NCBI RefSeq assembly: GCF_006345805.1
Contig: NC_043006.1
Location: 63,426,001-63,490,000, forward strand
Direction: 5' to 3'
Source: Octopus sinensis
Lineage: Eukaryota
Length of the DNA stretch: 64,000 nt
The notes under the pieces: generated by a model
Seen by the model: the letters and a program-made list of their open reading frames with translations, nothing else
Told to the model about the DNA's origin: nothing
Database searches by the model: none
Shown here: positions 58,890-64,000 of the stretch, piece by piece
Numbering within the stretch: position 1 is the first letter of the stretch
Layout of the letters: every line of letters starts with the position of its first letter
Position numbers and translations under genes: made by a program

Positions 58890-59983
58890 TGTGTGTGTCT
58901 GTGTGTGTGTGTGTGTGTTCGTTGGTGTGTGGAATAATGAATAATGCTATAATGAATTTTTCAGTTTAACGAAACTATTTTCATTCTCTGACCGCAAGCA
59001 TGTTAAAAGCGGTTGGATATTCTCATGAGGATAAACTTTGTCATACAAATATTTCGTTACAACGAAACAAGATTGAACCCCTCGCAGTCAAACTTTCTTG
59101 CTACAACAAAAATCTTGACCCGATTACTCCCTGCACATATATCATCCTACCAAGATATTCACAGCGCGTAGAACTCACAAAACGCTGCTCCAAATTACCA
59201 ATTTGATATTTCTAGTGGGTGACTCACATGGTTATTCAAACCTCAGCACATACAGAATGGGGCAAGAATTTACAAACTTTCCCTCCCTCCTCTTTCTCTC
59301 TTAAACCCCTAAAGAGGTGCATTTTACACCTTGGATGGATGATAGTGATTACACAACATCTCACCAATGTACTACTAGAAGTGTAAAAGTGCGTCGAAAC
59401 AGTTGTAGTGATTTTAAATAAAGAATGTCGCTCATTCAATTTTCTATTGTTTGTCTATTTATATAAACTCTATGCACACTATGGAATTCTTGATGTATAT
59501 CCAACAACAAGACCATTTCCACTCTATAATGACATCAGGTAGTCAATAACTATGGGCGAGTTTTGCATAGCAAAATGTTGCTGAAATAAGACGGTAAACA
59601 CATTCTTTATATGCTATTGAAACCGTCTGCTGTCTGCAGCAGTGTTTCTAGTTGTTTATCATCTGCAATGTAGGCCATCCATGTGAAATGATAAATTCAA
59701 GTGTCCTTTGATTTTGTATGATTATTCTGGTCATATTTAACATGTTTATGGTATTTATTTCTCCTTTTTTAAATTGTGTTTTTTTTTTCATTATCAAATT
59801 TATCAACAACTGAGAGATCTTTCATATGGTTATTATTGTTGTTGTTGTTACTACGGCTGATTTTATTATTTTTATTTATTTATTTATTTATTTATTATTG
59901 GAGACTGTTAACAATTGTAGTAATTTTAAATAATGTTGCTCATTCCATTTACAGCTGATTTTATCATTTTTATTTATTTTATT

Positions 59984-60024
<41 letters not shown>

Positions 60025-60293
60025 TACAATTATTATTATTATTATCATTATTATTATTTCTCTTTCCCTCGAGGCCAACCTTACTTACCTACGCATTGTA
60101 GTATCGTAGTCGGTGTTGTGCAGTTTAAGCCAATGATCTTGGTGGACTGTTTATTTGTGAAGAACTGAATTTTCGAGTTATGGTAATTCCAAGCTGATAT
60201 GCGCAGAAAAGTTTCATAGAGAAAGCATCATACAATACAATTTATCTCAAGGTTTATAATCTTAGCATATTTGCGAAGAAATCTAGAAGTATA

Positions 60294-60335
<42 letters not shown>

Positions 60336-63300
60336 TGTGTGTGTTGTGTGTGTGTGTGTGTGTGTGTGCGCGTGTGCGTGCGTGTGCGTGCGTGTGCGTG
60401 CGTGTGCGTGCGTGTGCGTGCTTGTGCGTGCGTGTGCGTGCGTGTGCGTGCGTGCATGTGTGTGTGTGTTTGGGCCCGAACGCGTGTGTGTACTATGTTA
60501 TGCAAATGTCCATGAACTTGAAACGGTCTAAACAGAATGCGCGTATACGAAAATTTTCCTTATACATTTCTCGTAAACGGAATGAATGCGAACATGTCCG
60601 ACTAAAACATTCAGTGTCTAACATCTTATTGCTTCTTACGATTCAGTAGAACGATTTCACTAATTTCTAAACTATTTACACGTTCTCTTGCTGAGCTTAG
60701 ATTAAAAAAAATTGTTTCTGGAACCAACAATGGCTAATGATATTGTGGCCCCTAAACTCAATCCTAAAACCATTACTATATATTATAAAGTAGCATTAAT
60801 CTTTATCATGCTTGACTTAATGTTAATAACTAGGTCCTTTACTCGTATTCTCAGAAGATCCATGAAGTCAGGTGTGTTATTCTAACCAAAACTGAATGTG
60901 TTAAAACATTTTAGGAACACTGTCAAAGTACTGAAGTGATTAACATCATATTGGAATCTAACCTGCTTTGTCAAAATTTCTAGAAAGAATTCAAAGAGAA
61001 GATAATCTCTACAATCAACAGTATCCGTTGGTTACTGTGCCATTGATCAACAATTACTTATTAATCATCATGTCTGATTAACTTCTTTATCTTCCCAGAT
61101 ATCTTTCCACTATCCACTGATTCTGGGTGGAGTTCAACTCTAGTAGAAAGAAACTCTCAAGAAAGCTGAACAGCTGAAAGCGTTCAGACAAGTAACCCCT
61201 CTCAGGCAAATGTATCAGGCCTTAACATCTTACACTCAAAGTGGGACGGGAAGCATCCAGGTCATGACTCCTGGATGCCCTTTTTGCTGACAATTGAATA
61301 TCAGAGACTTGTGCATTTAAACCTCTTGGTGATTTCATCTAGTTGTAACTTCTCTCCGTTGACTCAACTTTCAAACCTATACTTAAAGAAGAAATAACGT
61401 TAGTTGTCATGGCAACTTCATCACAAAGACTCATTCATGGTTGCTTCCCTTAGCGTATAAAGATGTGTGCATGTTTCTAATCGCGTAAAACACTGTCTCC
61501 CTATAGTCGCTGTAAATATAATCTTAATTGGTCAAATTTTGGACAAAATATTCTAAATTATTACCAATACGGTTTTATTCATCTATGTATATTGTTCTCC
61601 AGTTTTTATGGTGCCGCGGGGGTCTTTCACAAAACTAACTTCATTTTTGTAATGTTCCTATACCTAAGATAAAGCTTTTAAAACTGAAGATCATGAAATA
61701 CAAACTTTAAGACGTTGGTGTTATATTATATGGGACATAGCAATTAAAAACTGTCAAACATTATAGACTTCAAATCTCCAGAAATAATTACAGCTAATGG
61801 TGTAGTTCAAGGTTCAGTTCGTAGACCGTTGCTCTCTCAAATTACATCAATACATGTTTTGATTAGTTTCACGTTCCTGATGATACTAATGAAAGTAACA
61901 TCAAACTACTATTCAAGACATTAAAACAACGAACTAATTAATATATCAGAATGTCTGAATTTTAATACAATTACACAAAAAAGTAAAAGATCAAATAACG
62001 CGTATGAATTATTTGGTGTTATTGATACGACTGCTCTCACACTAATTTGGAATGACACAAAACAGAAAGATTAGTAGAAATGAATGTCTCATTTCATCTT
62101 GTCCGAGGTGTACAAGTTGGTGATAAAATTAATCAGAATCGGAATGGTAATTTGATCAATCTAAAATTATCAAAAGCTATCTTGACTCTTAAAAGACATA
62201 AACATATTCCGTCTGGTAAACAAATTAAAAACTATGTATCTCTTTTTGGTCATCAACATCTAGATTATATACTTAGGTAGAGGTAAACATATTTAATACA
62301 GTAACGGGGAAAAACGTCTAATCACTTAAAATTAAATCCGTACAGTAATTATTGTTAATGGTGCGGGAAACAACTTCGAAATTTATATTTAAAAAATGGG
62401 TATGCAATGGGTTGTGAGTGGAATCGCTGGTAAGTAGTGTAACAATTCTGGACATGGTTCAGGCTTATTAGTTCTGAAATCAATACATATGTACTTAACT
62501 TCATCGAAAAGGTCGAAAAAAGAGAAATATTACAATAGTCACTGTTGTAATAGACACTAATGAAAGGAATCAACCTAATGAAAGGAATCTGTTCCATATA
62601 AATACTTATTCATTTCTTTCAATGGAATGTTTATTTAGTCGAATTCTATTGCAGACCATTCAGTTATGAGAAAAGAAAAGATACAAATATATTAATACGT
62701 GCTACAAGTGGGTACACTTCACAAAATGTTGTTGCTGTCTTACTTCAAGTCAGCCTTGATCTTGCAAACCCATGATCAAAACCATTCCATCAGTGACCAT
62801 CCTGTATTTGATTTCAACACAGTTTAAAAGCGACTACATTATCTAATGTCTCCCCCATTTACAGACGTTTGTATGTGACCTGAAAAAGACTTCCGTACCA
62901 CTTTCAAAAGATCGAGGTACTATGTACAGACTCCGTCGTTTGGTTGTGATTGATGGGTGGTTTGGTGTTTGTTGTTGGTAGTCGTGGCAATGATGGTGTT
63001 GTGTTTAGCACAAGATCAGCCTCGAATGAACAGATCTATGGTCAAAGGCTTTTCAGTCATGGCCAGCCTATTTTTGTTCCAAGCCAAGTGTATTTCGGAC
63101 TACATTACCCAGCTCCCTTTTGTAAAATGGTAAGGATGTAATTGCAAGGAAATTTGCCTACTATTTCAAATGGTTCAAGCATAGATGCCCTCAGCGGCAA
63201 CTTAATTATTAAAAGAGAATGTCTCTATTTCCTAAACCAGGTAGCACAGTCTAGATTAAGAGGTAAGTAAAAATACTAAGACACGGAGTTAATTATATAA

Positions 63301-64000
63301 GGGGATAAGAGTTTTGCCTGAGCCCTGAGTTTAAATTCCTGTGTTCTTTCACAAGATTATCCTTTTAGCTTGGTTTACCTTTATCTAGTCTCCCTTTATT
63401 TATTTATTTATTTATTGCCATAATAGAAACTCTCTGCAAGACCGGTTAGATGTAGAATATTCCAGTTCTCATTGTGGAACAAATTTCCTCAACGCAGTCT
63501 CTTGTGTATATTTTTTTAATGCTTTTAAGATTTCTATTCGTTTCTTTTTCTATATTTTTTGTCTTTTTTTCATCTACTGTATAACAATGCTAAAATATAT
63601 ACGTTTTTTATAAGGAACCCATTATTGTAACATATAATTTTGTAATGTACCAGCTTGGAGAATCAAATAAAATTTCTAGGTAACGACCGATCTATCTATT
63701 CATCCTTTGTCGATATAATTTGCTTGCTTCTGGTTAGTTTGATGTTTAAGAAGTCATTTCTAGTTGATGTCGTCTGAAGTCTTTTAACTAATTTTTTTAT
63801 AACAGTTTTTTGTTGCATCTGTCATCACACTCATTATGCACATTATGAGTCTCTCTAGTCATAGTATACGTACTGTATTCACCATCCTGTCATTATTATT
63901 TTCAATACTTACGTCCATAAACGAGATGTTATTAACAATTCTGAGTTTATATGTAAATTTAAGTACAGATGCCACTTCTGTTGTTGTTGTTGTTGTTGTT

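Noticed and set aside
63420-63680. CR1/L2-type LINE 3' end (LWNKFP motif, AATAAA)
   Set aside because: It rests on a single short motif in a degenerate frame, which is insufficient support.

Overview
AT-rich, microsatellite-dense animal genomic DNA with one 100-N gap (5209-5308). The repeat families look cephalopod (Octopus-like); this is inferred from pattern recognition, not from a database search. I could not support any host protein-coding gene, tRNA, rRNA or CRISPR array, and most ORF-track entries are microsatellite translations. The window is a graveyard of mobile elements: three tRNA-head SINE families (called A, B and C here), Penelope-like element (PLE) remnants, R4/Dong-like and Tx1-like non-LTR fragments, one full-length mariner relic, a Tigger/pogo-like element and several foldbacks. 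Main finding: three ~1.8-2.0 kb elements (E1 22826-24595, E2 24625-26649, E3 49464-51419) encode only an ORF1-like protein (RRM-like region plus CCHC knuckle), with no endonuclease or RT. All three sit in the same orientation at essentially the same site just after the A box of SINE family A, and E3 has a clean 16-bp target-site duplication. A probable fourth, 3'-end-only copy lies at ~10040. These three E2/E3-type copies share a covarying 3' stem-loop, and the 3' end of E1 matches the tail of a family-B SINE. This suggests a SINE-targeting 'half-Tx1' retroelement system. Second theme: several minimal type-I hammerhead ribozyme motifs with palindromic stem III, one of them inside a 333-bp retrozyme-like unit.
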